Assembly: GCA_964016885.1 (NCBI GenBank)
Contig: OZ024741.1
Location: forward strand, 239,568,001-239,632,000
Reading direction: 5' to 3'
Source: Eledone cirrhosa
Taxonomy: Eukaryota
DNA: 64,000 bases
In this document: positions 39,236-53,665 of the stretch, one piece after another
How positions within the stretch are numbered: the stretch's first letter is position 1
How the letters are laid out: each line of letters starts with the position of its first letter
Made by a program: the position numbers and the translations under genes
The notes under the pieces: generated by a model
Seen by the model: the letters and a program-made list of their open reading frames with translations, nothing else
The model's database searches: none
Told to the model about the DNA's origin: nothing

Positions 39236-39292
39236 CGGTGTTGATTCTATTCTTGTTTTATTAATTCCATTTCATTACTATTGATAACTTCA

Positions 39293-39423
39293 GTTACGCC
39301 CCTTTATGGTTTGAGTTCAAATCCCGCCGAGGTTAACTTTGCCTTTCATCCTTACGGGGTCGATAAAATAAAGTACCAGTAATGCACTGGATAATTGCTG
39401 GCCTTGTGCCAAAAGTAGAAACA
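39293..39423 (+). mobile_element. 5'-truncated Nin/Deu-domain SINE
   Basis: 19-bp TSD ATTACTATTGATAACTTCA (39274-39292 and 39424-39442). Confidence 0.85.
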
Positions 39424-40439
39424 ATTACTATTGATAACTTCATATTTCCATTATAAATAGATGAACATTTGATATTTTTAACATTTTATGTTCAAGGAAT
39501 AGTATATACAATCCGTCAATACCTATGTCTACCTTACATCAACTGATAATTTTAACATGTTGGTTGTCACCTTAAACAAAAGGAATTTTTTAATACAGTA
39601 TCATTCATTCAACTTATCTATTTATAAGAGAAATAGTTTCTAAACTTACAGAATAATTTTCATCATTAACATAATATTATAAGAAAAATATAAAACCTTT
39701 TATATTGCCAGGCTTTATTACAATAAATTAAGAGTATTTAGTTGGATGATTCTAAATTTAACATATACACCAGAATGTCATACGTTTGTTTAAATACCAA
39801 ACTAATTTTAAATAAAACCATCTAATGTATGATATCTTACAATAAATCAAATAATCAACAAATTACATTTGTTTCCTACCTTTCAATATCAAAATATGAT
39901 ATGAAAAGTTGGTTGTTTGTTTGTTTTCCAGTATCTCCAAGCTTGGCTACACACGTCCATCTTCCGGAAGTCAACTTTATCGTTAGTAAATTAAAATTTT
40001 ACTATTAGTAAATCTATAACAGTTAGCCATAACACTTTAGTTAGAAATTCCATTATAATCATTCACGTTCTCATGACATATTCACCGCCCTCTTTTCCTC
40101 ATTTTCTTCATTTGCTTTAGTTGTACACTGGAAATGGAATCTAGTGGTTGAAAGTCAGTAATGTAGAAATTTTTTTATATTTTTCCTGTCTGTATCCATT
40201 TAGAATTAGAAGCTAGAATTAAGAACTTTGTTAAAAAAAAAAAAATTGGTTGTTTGTTTGTTTTCCAGTATCTCCAAGTTTAGCTACACACATCCATCTT
40301 CCGGACGTCACCTTTCCTCTCCCACCCACCCCCACAGTTATTATAAAACTCAGCGGTTTTATAATAAGACTTCTAATTAATGATAATCTCTCGCAAGGCT
40401 GATATTCTTAAGCTTAGATCTAGGTGTTCGCTACGATAA

Positions 40440-43400
40440 ATGGATTACAGAGTTGGGAAATATTACCACTCACGACAAAGATGAATTCACCTCCCGTTTC
40501 AGGATGAACATGCAGACACTCATCATATCAGATATGGAAACCAAGACCAACATAATTCCATCTCCCACACCTCTCCCTTTGTCCCCATCCCATCCCTTCC
40601 TCGACCCCAGCAAAATCCAAAATTTCAGAATTGGTACCATGAATGTAGGCACATTGAAAGGTCGCTCAAACAAGGTTGGAGAGATGCTTGAACATAACGA
40701 AGTCGATGTTTGTTGTGTTTAAGAGACCAGGTGGAGGGGTGGGTCTGCTAGATTCATTGTGGGCAAGAAACAATGCTATAAGCTTTTCTGGATGGGTTCT
40801 GATAGCAGGCTTGGTGATGTTGGAATTATGTTAGCAGAAAAATGGGTAGACAAGGTAATTGCCGTAGATAGAGTGAATGACAGGATCATTAAAATAAGAT
40901 TAGTACTAAATAGGACAACTGTATCAATTATTTCTGCTTATGAAACCCAATCCAGATTACCAGATGTTACTAAAGACAGGTTCTATGAGTCTCTAATGCT
41001 CACTACCTCCCAGATACCCAACAGTGACTATATAATTATTGCTAGCAACCTTAATGGTCATGTTGGACAACATTGTGATGGCTATGATTGTGTCCATGGA
41101 GGTTATGGGTTTGGTACTAGAAATAAGGAAGTCTTCAGGATCCTGGAATTCTGTAATGCAAATGACCTGACTATCTGCAATACAAACTTCAAAAAAAACG
41201 TGATAGTCATTTGATCCTGTATAGATCAGAGGAGCACATCAACCAGATAGGACTTTATCCTTACTAGGAAACGAGACAAAGTGTCTGTTTTGAACACTAA
41301 GTCCCTCCCTCGTGAAGAATTCGCCTCCCAACATAACTTAATAGTTAAGTGACCTCATAGTCAGGGCCAGATATAATTGCCGACAGAGGAATACCTTAAG
41401 GAGAAGATTATGGAAGTTGAAGAACCCCGCAACCAGTAACAAATTTAAAGGCATATTACTTGATGCTTTTGATAGTAAGGAAGAGCAATTAGAGACATAC
41501 AATATAGAGGAACAGTGGGAATTCCTGAAAATTAACCTGTTGAAGGCGACTGATAAAATCTATGGCTGGAGCAGACCGTTAGGCAGGAGGAGAGGGACAT
41601 GGTGGTGGAACAGTAAGGTGGAGGAGTCCTTCAAGGGCAAAAAGCAGGTGTGGAAAAAATGGGAGGATGGGGGTAGTAGAGAACTCTATCGAGTAGCTAA
41701 GAGAGAAGCGAGACAACAAATATACCTTGCAAAGAGGGAAGCAGAGGATAGTAAGTTCAAGCATATTCTACGACGGGCGGACCAAAGACGTGAAGTATTC
41801 AGGATTGCGAGGCAATGTGTCAAGGAGAATTGTGATATTGTCGGGGGGAGACGTGTCCGTAATGACTGATAGTGATAAGAAGGTAGCTTGGAAATGTCAC
41901 TATGAGAGACTACTGAATGTGGAGAATGAATGGAATAAAGATAGTCTGCCCCACATCGATCCAATAGAAGGACCAGCTGTGCAAGTTAATGGTAGTGTAG
42001 TAAGTAAGGCAATCAAAAATATGAAGACAGGCAAGGCAGCTGGGCCTTCAGGGATAGTTGCTGAAATGTTGAAGGTATCTGGAATGGTGGGACATACTAT
42101 GGTCACCCGGATAGTAAACCAAGTAATACAGAATGGGGTCATACCAAATGACTGGCATAACAGCATCATCATCAACTGTTACAATGGCAAAGGAGATGCC
42201 CTGGATAGAGGAAACTATAGGGGCATTAAATTAGTTGACCAAGTCATGAAAGTGTTATTACTCAACTGATGAGAGACCAAATTGATCTAGATGAAATGCA
42301 GTTTGGGTTTGTGCAAGGTAAAAGTACCACAGTTGCTCTTTTCCTTGTACAGCAATTACAGGAGAAGTACCTAGCTAACAGTAAACCCCTCTACTTAGCT
42401 TTTTTTGACCTGGAGAAGGCCTTTGACAGAGTCCCACACACCTTAATCTGGTGGGCTCTTAGCAAACTAGGAGTGGAAGAATGGCTTGTGAGAGCTATAC
42501 AAGCCATGTATAGAGGAACAGTCAGCCAGGTTAGAATTAACAATGAATATAGTGATTGAATTTAGCGTAATAATAGGGGTTCACCAAGGCCCCGTCCTTA
42601 TTCCCCTCCTGTTTATTATTGTCCTACAGGCTATAACAGAAGAGTTTAAGACTGGCTGCCCATGGGAACTTCTATATGCAGATGATATAACTCTCATAGC
42701 TGAATCCATGGCTGAACTAGAGAGGAAGTTCCAAATATGGAAGCATGGCCTTGAATCAAAAGGCCTTAGTGTCAACTTGTCTAAGACTAAGGTTCTAGTA
42801 TGTAGGAAGGAGAATAGGGCACAGGTACTCTCTGGGAAATGACAATGCTCAGTGTGTATGAAAGGAGTAGGTAGAAACTCCATTCTATGTCCCAAATGCA
42901 AACTATGGGTACATAAAAGATGTGGGATCACAGGTAAGCTATCTAAGAATGTAGATTTTATGTGGCCGATGCTCAGGTGCAGTAAGTAGCAAGGACCCAC
43001 TGGATGCTATCTCCTTCAACTGCCCAGATTGTTCTATAGAAATAGTAGACACTGTTACCTGGGTGACCAAATCAGCAGTGGAGGAAGGTGCTCTGAAAGT
43101 GTAGTAGCAAGAGTTAGAGCGGGATGGAAAAAGTTCAGAGAGCTAATACCGTTGTTGGCCACAAGGGGTTTTTCTCTAAAAATGAAAGGCAGATTGTATG
43201 ATGCATGTATATGAACGGCAATATTACATGTTAGTGAGACTTGGGCATTGTGCTGAAGACCTGCGTAGATTAGAAAGAAATGAAGCTTACATGCTTCGAT
43301 GGATGTGTAATAGTAATGTGCACGAAAGGTGAAGCATAAATGAATTAAGAGAGAAACTAAGCATAAGAGGTATCAAATGCTGTGTTCTGGAGAGGAGATT

Positions 43401-43942
43401 GCGTTGGTATGGACATGTGATGCGTATGAAGGATGACAGCTGTATAAAAAAGTGTAGGGTAATGAAAATTGATGGAAGCTACGGAGTGGGTAGACCAAGA
43501 AAAACCTGGGACGAGGTGATAAAAACTGACTTTGCTCCCTTACACCTCTCTAAGACAATGACACTGGATTGAGACCTTTGGCACCATGCAGTTGTACAGA
43601 AGACCCAACTGCCATTGAATACAAACCTACAGTCAGTAGGCACCTCTTAACTCAATGTACACCCATCCTGCACACCATCTTCCCTTTCCCGTTCCGTCCA
43701 CTGTGTCGATGACACAACAGTCCACACTGTAAGGTGTCCGTGTAGAAGACACGGTAAAAAGGCTCCCAATCCACACTGTTAATGTGGTTGGCGTTATGAA
43801 GGGCATCCAGCTGCAAAAAACCTGCCAGAGACACTTCTGTGTGAGCGAGACATGGTCTCCCAACCATTCCCGCATCAAATGAAACAAAACCGTTTAACCC
43901 ATGCTAGCATGGAAGATGGACGTTAAACGATGATGTTGATGA
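40440..43942 (+). mobile_element. Near-full-length, decayed RTE-clade LINE in intron 1 of gene E (antisense to the gene)
   Basis: Broken ORF pieces: APE endonuclease (RIGTMNVGTLKGR, DVCCV, NLNGHVG), RT (KAAGPSGI, NYRGIKL, QFGF, FFDLEKAFD, LLYADD), Cys-rich finger, RTE-like C-terminus, (GAT)n tail. Multiple stops and frameshifts; 5' boundary uncertain. Confidence 0.92.
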
Positions 43943-44709
43943 CAAAAACCTAAAACAAAATTACAAATTATTTTATCTGTAATTACTCATTCTTAAATAA
44001 ACACAGCCAAACCTTAAACTATTCTTCCAGATGAAGATTTGTAATCTAAGATTTACTAGATGATTTTATTCGCTATGTGTGAAAATATTGAACAGAATAT
44101 GTATTTGTAGTTGAATAGATAGAAGGCCTGAAATAGTATATCAACAGACTTCCAGCAGTCTTAAAGCAATGCATTCCTTATCCCTTTGTTTAATTAATAT
44201 ACATGAATATAATAAATGAAAATTATTGAACTGATATATCTGACATGTTATCCAAAATGTATTAAGATATGAAAATATCAATATGTGTATACACCAATTT
44301 GTATATTGTGGGATAATATTTACATGAAACCTACATTACTGTATATAATTCAATGGCATTCTTGTTCAATATTTAGTATGTACTAAGACCAAACAATTTC
44401 TAACTGAATAATTTAGTAAAATTGTGTAATGTAAAAATAAACGAGATAAACATAGTAAACACATTAAAGATTATTATTAAAAATTTTCAGAAGTATGTTA
44501 TATAAAACTACAATTCAACATATATTCCTCTCTCACTATTTCTTACAAAATACTTGATAGCCATGTTGGTAAAGAAGACATTCAATGAGAACTAACACAG
44601 ATCTAATATGGCCACCATTACAATATTATATTTTGATGTCATAATATAACTATATATGAAGTTATTATTTTACATGACTGGATAAATAATATAGAATAAT
44701 AAAACTTAC

Positions 44710-45210
44710 ATTCATTGTGTAAAATCCTTTGTTATAAACTGTGAGTTGGTCCCAATGTTGTTGTTAATGGTTGTCTGTGTCACTGCTGCTATGGTGTGAC
44801 AATGGCTTCATGTTGATGGAATAGTGTTGGTAGTGAGTCAGTGGGAACCAGCAGTTCCTCAGTCTTCAATGTGTATGTGTGATGTTTACTGAGTGTGAGT
44901 ATGAGTGTGAGAGAGAGAGGTGGGGAAGGGTGATGCTTACACCAGCTTCACTCAGACTAGATGTGTTTCTCCTCACAGAGAAGCGGGAGAGAGAGAGAAG
45001 ACACTATATCAGCTCCACTAACAGTCAGCCATAATATATCTATATAATACCAACATGTCTGATGTAGAGAGACCGACATAGAAATAATTAGAAAAGAGAG
45101 GGTATATTAACAAAATATGGCTGATGTTAATGTGTGTGTAATATAGCATGTAAATACAATATTAACAATAATAGTTAGTGTGTGTCTGACTGAATTCTAA
45201 ACTAACTCTC
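44710..45210 (-). promoter_or_regulatory. Promoter and non-coding first exon (~44710-45019) of gene E
   Basis: Same cassette; intron 1 expanded to ~6.4 kb by a LINE. Confidence 0.7.
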
Positions 45211-45534
45211 CCATTCAGGATATATTTAGTAAAGTTTAAAGATATGTAATCTAACTAAAATATATGTTCTCATATATTAACATTTACAATAGAATGTATT
45301 TACATTTATTTATATGACAATTTAATTGATAATTTTAAATCCTATTACACCAGGTCATATCTACCGATAATTTCTTACAATACTTTCCTTATATATATTA
45401 TATATCTTCTGAAAATATAGGAGTATATTCAGTTATTTGCAGGGAATATCATCAATTAACTAACATACTTCTGTCATTTTAAATATGTGAATGTTGAAGG
45501 TGATATTTCTGTTGTGTTAATTTCTCAGTCTGAC

Positions 45535-45653
45535 TTAACTGACAACAACATCTGGTGTTGAAGGTAACTGTCTCTCTGGAGGTTTCACATATCTGTCTTG
45601 GTAGTGGTCTCTCTCATTGTTGCTTGACACATCAGGTGGGACACCATAGATTC
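45535..45653 (-). CDS. Pcdh: Gene F terminal coding exon
   Basis: TTTCAG| acceptor, 119 nt to TAA. Confidence 0.88.
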
Positions 45654-46539
45654 CTGAAACAAGTACCAAGTACATCAATTCAACTTACCACAGAGTTCAT
45701 AAAAACGATATTTACTATGATTAGATCATCAATCTATTAACTACTACACCCACCAACCTGAAATATAAATCAATAATCATTAAAGACATTGTTTTACCAT
45801 TCCTCAGAAATCATAATCAATTCAGTGATGCAATGATTTTATCCTAGATTAGATTGGTTAAATGTCAGTTCAATGAGTGATATGACTCTCTGTGCCATAT
45901 TATCATTGTCAGTTGTACATTAATTTTTTAATGTTGGCATAAATTAGATAAGACTAATATATGGTTGTATACTACAACCAAATGACTTTCCAGAAACCAA
46001 CCAAACCAGCTTTTTAAGGAACAGAGTTTCACATGTCTAATCTTTGAGTGTGTGGATATTTATGTATGCAGAATGTAAACATTCCCACCTCTGATAGTGA
46101 ATGCAAAGATAAGACAGCTGTCTAACAAATACATAGGCATAAATATGCACATATATACATCATAATAATCATTTTCATTTCATATCTGCTGTTCCAAGTT
46201 GGCATGATTTGGGAGCAGTTGTTACACACAAAGTGCATAGTTAATTGGACCTACTACCTTCCTAGATGGTTCAGTGTAACATATTTGGCTCAATTCATTC
46301 CATTGGAGCACAAACACACAAACAATGGAATTCCTTATAGATTTTATCAACCACATTCACTAATAGGGTATAGGATGGACAAAGGCTATAGTAAGAGACA
46401 CTTGCCAGAGACTAAATAGAACTCAAGTCCACATGCTTGTGAAGAATAAAGTATCAGCTAACATATAAAGTTGAATAATAAAGACATTAATAGAAATAAT
46501 GAAATTAATAACAATCATGAATGAATTAAATGTTTTTAC

Positions 46540-46690
46540 CTGACATTGCTGGTATTTCTTCATACTGTCTACTTGACCTTTCACTCCAACACTGTCCACT
46601 GCTCTTACGACTGGTCAATGTATCAGTGGGATAGTTAGAAGATGGTCTGTTGTCTCCATAAGATGTCACCTCTATTGGTTGACTGTATTT
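46540..46690 (-). CDS. Pcdh: Gene F cytoplasmic exon (151 nt)
   Basis: TAGCAG| acceptor, |GTAAAA donor. Confidence 0.9.
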
Positions 46691-47342
46691 CTGCTACCAA
46701 ATATAGTTTTTGTACATGAAATACACCCAATACCTAGATATTGATAGTTACATGAATGTTGTTAAAATATTAGACCATTGCCTACAAAAGCTTCAAGTAT
46801 CTGACCACTTTCAATCGTAACATAGAAAATGTATCCACAATAATTAAGTTATAATATATACTAATAAAGAGAGCAGCACATGCCTTTTCATGTTTCTGTA
46901 TTGTTGGTAGCGTAAGTTTATATTGTGGTGTTATAGCAATCAGGAAATTTGACTTATGAAACCATCTAAATTTTTCAAAAGATGCTATTGACAAATATTA
47001 TATTAACAAATCTACAAAGTAAGAATTTCAAGCACTAAAAATTACAAATACACCTGTGATTAATATGGTGTTGGAATTGTTAGAGATTCATTACCAAAAA
47101 ATAGCTAACAGGTAAACAGCAGTAAATCTTGGATCAGTTCACTTTTCAAAAACTAACAGAAAATATTTTTTTATTGTGACATCAAACTGGTATTTTAAGA
47201 ACTAGTGATGTTCTATACGAAACTACATCAGAATCTATACAGTAAACTACAATTGGTAATTTACAATATAGCTGTAAAATTTAAAATATTCAGCTTTATC
47301 AATCTTATTATTAACAAATATAAAATATAAAATAGATTTTAC

Positions 47343-49694
47343 CTTTGTGGATTTCTGAAGAGATCTGTTCATTGTTGATGTCTTCCAGTCTTCAGGATAG
47401 TAATGACTTCTAGACTGACTATATCTGTCTGATATCTCTCCTCGATTACCTGACATCACAGATACACTGTTGTTACCTTGATAGATCAACTGTCTCATCT
47501 CATTACGACATTGGTATGCCTGTTTCTCTTCTGTTGTTCTAGCTGAGTTATTTCTCACATTGTTACATCTCACAATACACAATGTTATAGAAACCACAAT
47601 AGCTATAGATACTATCACAGCTGCTACTACAATGATAATTAACAATGTTGCATCTATTGTGTTATCAGTTGGTACATGGACAGCTGTGAACATTGGTGAT
47701 GTCTTGTTACTAACAGTCAGTGTTAAAGAGACACTAGTTGTTGCTGACAGAACTGGAGTACCACTGTCTTTCACAACAAACTCCAGTTGATATGATCCAG
47801 CATCATTTTGGTAAACTGTACGAGAGTAAGATAAGACACCAGTGAATGAATCCAGTTTAAATAATTGTTTCTCATTACCTGCAAGGATTTCATACCTGAG
47901 AAAAGCATTCATGTGACTGTCTATATCAGAGGCTTTCAGAAGTGTGATGTCATTCTTACTTTGTGGATGATAGTGGACATCAAGAGTGAAAGGGTCAACA
48001 CTTGGAAATGTAAAATATGGAGCATTATCATTTTTATCTAATACTTCCACTTCAACATTTACTGTGTTATTTAGAGATGGTGTTCCATTGTCTTTGACTA
48101 AAACCTCAAAGTCATAGAAATCTCTGTGTTCTCTGTCTAAAGATTGGTTTGTTGAAATAAAACCAGAGTTGATAATCTGGAATGGTAGACGATATTGGTG
48201 TTTATTTCTCAGATGATAACTTAATTCACCTCCCTTACCAACATCTGGGTCTGTAGCATTGATAAAGCCAATAGGGAAATTAGCTTTGTCATTCTCATAG
48301 GTAAGGAACTTGAATGTATCTTTGGTAAAGTGTGGTTTTACATCATTCACATCTAACACTTGTATTGAGAGATCTTTATCAGTTTTCAGAGGAGGTAATC
48401 CTTTATCTTGACAGGAGACAGTAAAGTGATAATGTTCCTGTGTCTCTCTGTCTACTGCTTTCTTTAAAACTATTTTATATTCCTTAGATCCCATTGACTG
48501 TAGTTTGAATGTATCATGTTTGATATTACAGCTGACCTCTCCATTGTGTCCAACATCATTGTCAGTGACCATCACATAAGCAATGAAACTACCAACTTTG
48601 ATATCTTCCAGAATGGTAGCTGTGTTGTGATTCTCTGTAGAAATATAGTTGACATCAATATTTGGAGGATTGTTGTGTTGGTTGATAACATTTACCATAA
48701 CAGTTGCTATGGCACTGAGAGGAGGACTGCCATTATCTCTGGCTTCTATGTATAATTTAAAAGTGCTTTTAGTGTCAATTTCTAATGCTTTTATTAAGAA
48801 TATTTTTCCAGTATTTTCATCAACATTAAAGTATCCTTTCACCTTCTCTTCAGTTTTTGGACTAAAGTAAAAAGATGTTTTACCATTCCTGCCAATATCT
48901 AAATCATTGGCAGATAATGTCACTACTGGAATATTCTTTTTATGTTTATGTTCTATGGAGACATTATAGATACTATGAGAAAATTGTGGTCTGTTGTCAT
49001 TTTCATCTTTCACAGATATTTTAACATTTAAAATACTTTGTTTTGGTGGAGTTCCTCCATCTTTAGCAATGACTTCAATATTGTAACTGTCTTTCTGTTC
49101 TCTGTCTAATCTAGCTTCTAAGATAATTTCTAAAGTTGAAATTCCATCTGCTCGTTTCAAAACTGTTAAAGAGAAATTGCCATCATCAGTTAACGTATAC
49201 GTTATGAAACTGTTCTGATATCCTACATCTTTGTCCACAGCATTGGGTATTGATAGTTTTGATCCTTTGCTGTCTCTCTCTGAAAACTGTATATTTACTT
49301 GTTCAGTTGGAAACTCAGGTTGGTGGTCATTGATGTCTTCTATTATGACTTTAATTTTTAATATCTTCATAAATGTCTTGGATTTGTGAACAGCAACTTT
49401 AACTATTTCAAAACATTCTTTCTCATAACTACACACAGACTCAGCATCCAATGTCTGAACAGTGTACAGTTTACCTGTTTTTGTCACATTGAACAATTGT
49501 TCTCCCTTTTGTTGTAATTGACTAAATGTAATTAAATCCTTATTCTTTAAGAAGGAGCTATCTGATGTCTGTAAGTCAGTAGCAATGTCCCCTACATAAG
49601 TATAGGGATTACTCTCTTCTTTAACATGGTATGTGATATGTTCACTTAGAAAACAGTGGAAGATAGTCAGTAAAATACACAGAAATAATAACAT
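47343..49694 (-). CDS. Pcdh: Protocadherin gene F, large coding exon
   Basis: 815-aa ORF; donor after KSTK at 47343; acceptor at 49751. Confidence 0.96.
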
Positions 49695-51954
49695 CTCTGC
49701 TCTTGATGTTAATACAATATCCAGGAGAAATTACAGCTTCAAATATTCAATCTGAAACAAACAAAAATGATTTATCATATTGATGAGCTATTGTCATATT
49801 TGCATCTGAAAGAGAAACAAATATTAATATATTACATCTTGTCTTGCTTTTTTTCATGAAATTCTCAGATTAAATTCAACATCTTGTACTTAGGAAATAT
49901 CTGCTGTATCCTAAACATATTCAGGAAAGACAGACCAGTATGTACACTTTTCTTAAGCAGTAAACGTTTTGCTGTCTGGGACATATCGAACACAAGATTT
50001 GGCATCTGGAAGAAGGTTCATAGACTAGCCCAAGCTGTGCTATCATGATGTTTGCATATAGACACTCAATATTAATGCAGAATTCTGGGAGAGCCTTTCA
50101 GATGACCAGAACCCTGAACAGCTAACTAAAGATAGGAGAAACAAAGCTATTGGATGAAGCAGAAGAAAATTGCACAGCAGTAACAACATATAAATTAAAC
50201 ACATAGGAATGACCTAAACATCAAAACTGTTACTGCTGCAAATAACACTGTTTTAAAAAAAAAAAACAAAGAAAAAAATATTTTTAAAATCTATATAAAG
50301 CCCATTTCTTTTCTTTTCCTGAAAATAAAGAGTATTCTAAGTAAGATGATATCTAAATAATACTGGATTCAACTAACATATGTTACATCTATTTTGTGAT
50401 ATTAAAATATGGGTTCTATTTCATTGGTATCAAATTTTAAGTTTGGAAAACTATTAAAATATAGATATTACATAGGAGGACGTTTTGAGTTATCTCTCTT
50501 GAACAAGAAATGATTTAAGATATTACAGAATTTTCAACAAAATTAAAACATTTTGTAAAGATGTATAAATCAACACTATAAAGATATTAACCAAGAATAG
50601 TAATAATGCTGTCATATAAATCACCTACTGTGTATTCTGTAAAACTGAACGGAATTACAGATTGAAAATTTCTCAAGTATTACAATCTATATTAAACAGT
50701 ATTGACAAGATATATATTTACTAACTGCTATTGATATATTTAGAAATATATTCTAACCTGAATCACATTTTATATTGTTAATATTACCACTTTAATAATT
50801 CTTCTCTCAGAAATAACATAACCTGTAGTTAAAATAACGTTATAATTCTAAAATCTTGGATATCACTTTAAAAACTTTAAATTATTTAGACTGCTTTCAC
50901 ATGGTTCTTCTATTTGTTACATCAGCAACTTAAGCCTTTTTTATTTTGTTTATTTGACAAATTATAATTAAATTATGAAACAACCAATGACAATTGTTTT
51001 TTTTTTATTAAAGGGCTTCAGTGCAATAAATTCTGGAAGTATTAATCTGAATACATTAAATTTAACACTTCAGCAGAATATATATCTTGTGTTTAAATAT
51101 CAAACTAATTTTTTAGAAAGTCATCAAATTAACAGATTTCCATTTAACTGCTTTTTTACAGTTGAGAAATAAATAAAATTAAGTTAAAGCCACAATTAGT
51201 ACATAAATATTGTTCATACAGATTATGGCTACAGATTCCTTATATCTCATCTTCCTAAAGGTTATAAAACTTATAATAGAGAATTATAGAAATATCATGG
51301 ATATATTTGGCCTGTTATCTAAAATATATTAATGATTGTATATTTAAAACACTAAAGATATATCATATTTGTAAATATAATTTCAAAAATAAAATGCTGA
51401 AATCAGATTAATAGGACATATTTTCTATAGACATCAATAAACATATACACACATTATGTATATATATAACTGTGTATTTGTGTGTGGGTGTATACCCATA
51501 CAGAATTCTGTACATAATATCATAAATTATTTGATTGCCTGATATTATTTACATAAAACCTATATTACAGTATATATTTCAATGATATTTTCGTTCAATA
51601 TTTAGTATGTACTAAGACCATACAATGCATGACTGAATAATTCAGTAAAAATATATAATGATGTATTATTTGAAAATGTAATACACAAGATAAATATTGT
51701 AAATACAACAAAGATGACTGCAAATATTTTCAGAAATATATTATATAAAACTACAATTCAACATATATTCCTCTCTCTCACTGTTTCTTACAAAATACTT
51801 GATAGCCATGTTGGTAAAGAAGACATTCAATGAGAACTAACACGGATCTAATATGGCCACCATTACAATGTTATATTTTCATGTTAGAATATAGCTATAT
51901 ATGAAGTTATTATTTTACATGACTGGATAAATAATATAAAATAATAATACGTAC

Positions 51955-52445
51955 ATTCATTGTGTAAAATCCTTTGTTATAAACTGTGAGTTGGTCCCAA
52001 TGTTCTGTTGTTAATGGTTGTCTGTGTCACTGCTGCTATGGTGTGACAATGGCTTCATGTTGATGGAATAGTGTTGGTAGTGAGTCAGTGGGAACCAGCA
52101 GTTCCTCTCAGTCTTCTGTGTATGTGATGTTTACTGAGTGTGAGTGTGAGAGAGAGGTGGGGGAGGGTGATGCTTACACCAGCTTCACTCAGACTAGATG
52201 TGTTTCCCCTCACAGAGAAGAGGGAGAGAGAGAGAGAAGACACTATATCAGCTCCACTAACAGTCAGCCATAATATATTTATATAATACCAACATGTCTG
52301 ATGTAGAGAGACTGACATAGACATACTTAGAAAAGAGAGGGTATATTAACAAAATATGGTTGATGTTGTTTGTGTCTAAGCAATTTAATCTTTAAATACA
52401 ATATTGACAATAATAGTTAGTGTGTGTGACCGAATTACAAACTAT
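51955..52445 (-). promoter_or_regulatory. Promoter and non-coding first exon (~51955-52258) of gene F
   Basis: Same cassette; donor variant |GTACGT keeps the GT. Confidence 0.68.
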
Positions 52446-52891
52446 GTTATATTACAATTCTAAAATATATTTTCTCAAATGATTAAATTTTCAATATCAT
52501 GTATTTAGCTGGAAATCATTATCCATTTGTAGTAAACAGATGTTAAATAATGATGTTGATAATTAAATTTATATTTTCAGATTTAAAGATTATTTCCTGA
52601 ACATTTATTAGTATAGTACACAGATCCTTTATATAATTAATTTCCCTTAATATTATCAAGAAAAGTTTAAAGATGATACGTAATCTATGTAAAATATGTT
52701 CACATTTACAATAATGTATGAACAATTATAGAGATTTATGTTTTAATACAATTCCCCTGTAAATAGTCTTCAACATTACTATCCAAATTTAACTTATTAT
52801 TATCTTAATCTAACTAACATATTTCTTTACTTTTAAATATTGTGATAATGTTGAAGGTGATATTTCTGTTGTGTTAACTCCTCAGTCTGAC

Positions 52892-53010
52892 TTAACTGGC
52901 AACAACATCTGGTGTTGAAGGTAACTGTCTCTCTGGAGGTTTCACATATCTGTCTTGGTAATGGTCTCTCTCATTGTTGCTTGACACATCAGGTGGGACA
53001 CCATAGATTC
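52892..53010 (-). CDS. Pcdh: Gene G terminal coding exon
   Basis: TTTCAG| acceptor, 119 nt to TAA. Confidence 0.88.
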
Positions 53011-53354
53011 CTGAAACAAGTACATCAACACAACTTACCATTTAGTTCACATAGATAGACAATGATTATTTTATTGATAATAATCATCAATTGTTTATCC
53101 ACAACATCCACTGAACTAAGAGAGAAAATAACAATCATAATAGAATTCATACAAGATCATATATTTACATCTTTACAATCTTAATAAACCACTAATTAGT
53201 TAAATAAAATAATATCTTTAGTAATTTAAAATCAATATTAAATTACTTGAACTTTTTGTCTTGAATTGACAACAAACATAGTGCTTTGTTTAGGACTTAC
53301 TCTGATATGTAACACTGAGAAAGACCATAAATATTTATGAAGATATTGTTTTAC

Positions 53355-53502
53355 CTGACATTGCTGGTATTTCTTCATACTGTCTACTTGACCTTTCACT
53401 CCAACACTGTCCACTCTTATGACTGGTCAATGTATCAGTGGGATAGTTAGAAGATGGTCTGTCATCTCCATAAGATGTCACCTCTATTGGTTGACTGTAT
53501 TT
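53355..53502 (-). CDS. Pcdh: Gene G cytoplasmic exon (148 nt; one Ser codon deleted)
   Basis: Canonical boundaries; 3-nt in-frame deletion relative to paralogues. Confidence 0.89.
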
Positions 53503-53529
53503 CTGATGGAAAATATAGTTACAAGATAA

Positions 53530-53665
53530 AGTATAAAGATATCATTTATGACAATGTACCTAAAATATACTAAATGTCCTAGATATTGATAGGTACATGT
53601 ATCTATCAATATCTAGGACATTTAGTATATTTTAGGTACACTGTCGTAAATGATATTTTTATACT
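53530..53665. repeat. 136-bp near-perfect palindrome
   Basis: Two 68-bp arms, no spacer (centre TACA|TGTA), 4 transition mismatches. Confidence 0.93.

Noticed and set aside
40440-43942. Active RT driving somatic diversification of the Pcdh variable region (DGR-like)
   Set aside because: The LINE ORF has many stops and frameshifts, there is no template/variable repeat pair or adenine-specific pattern, and no recombination signal sequences flank EC2-EC3.
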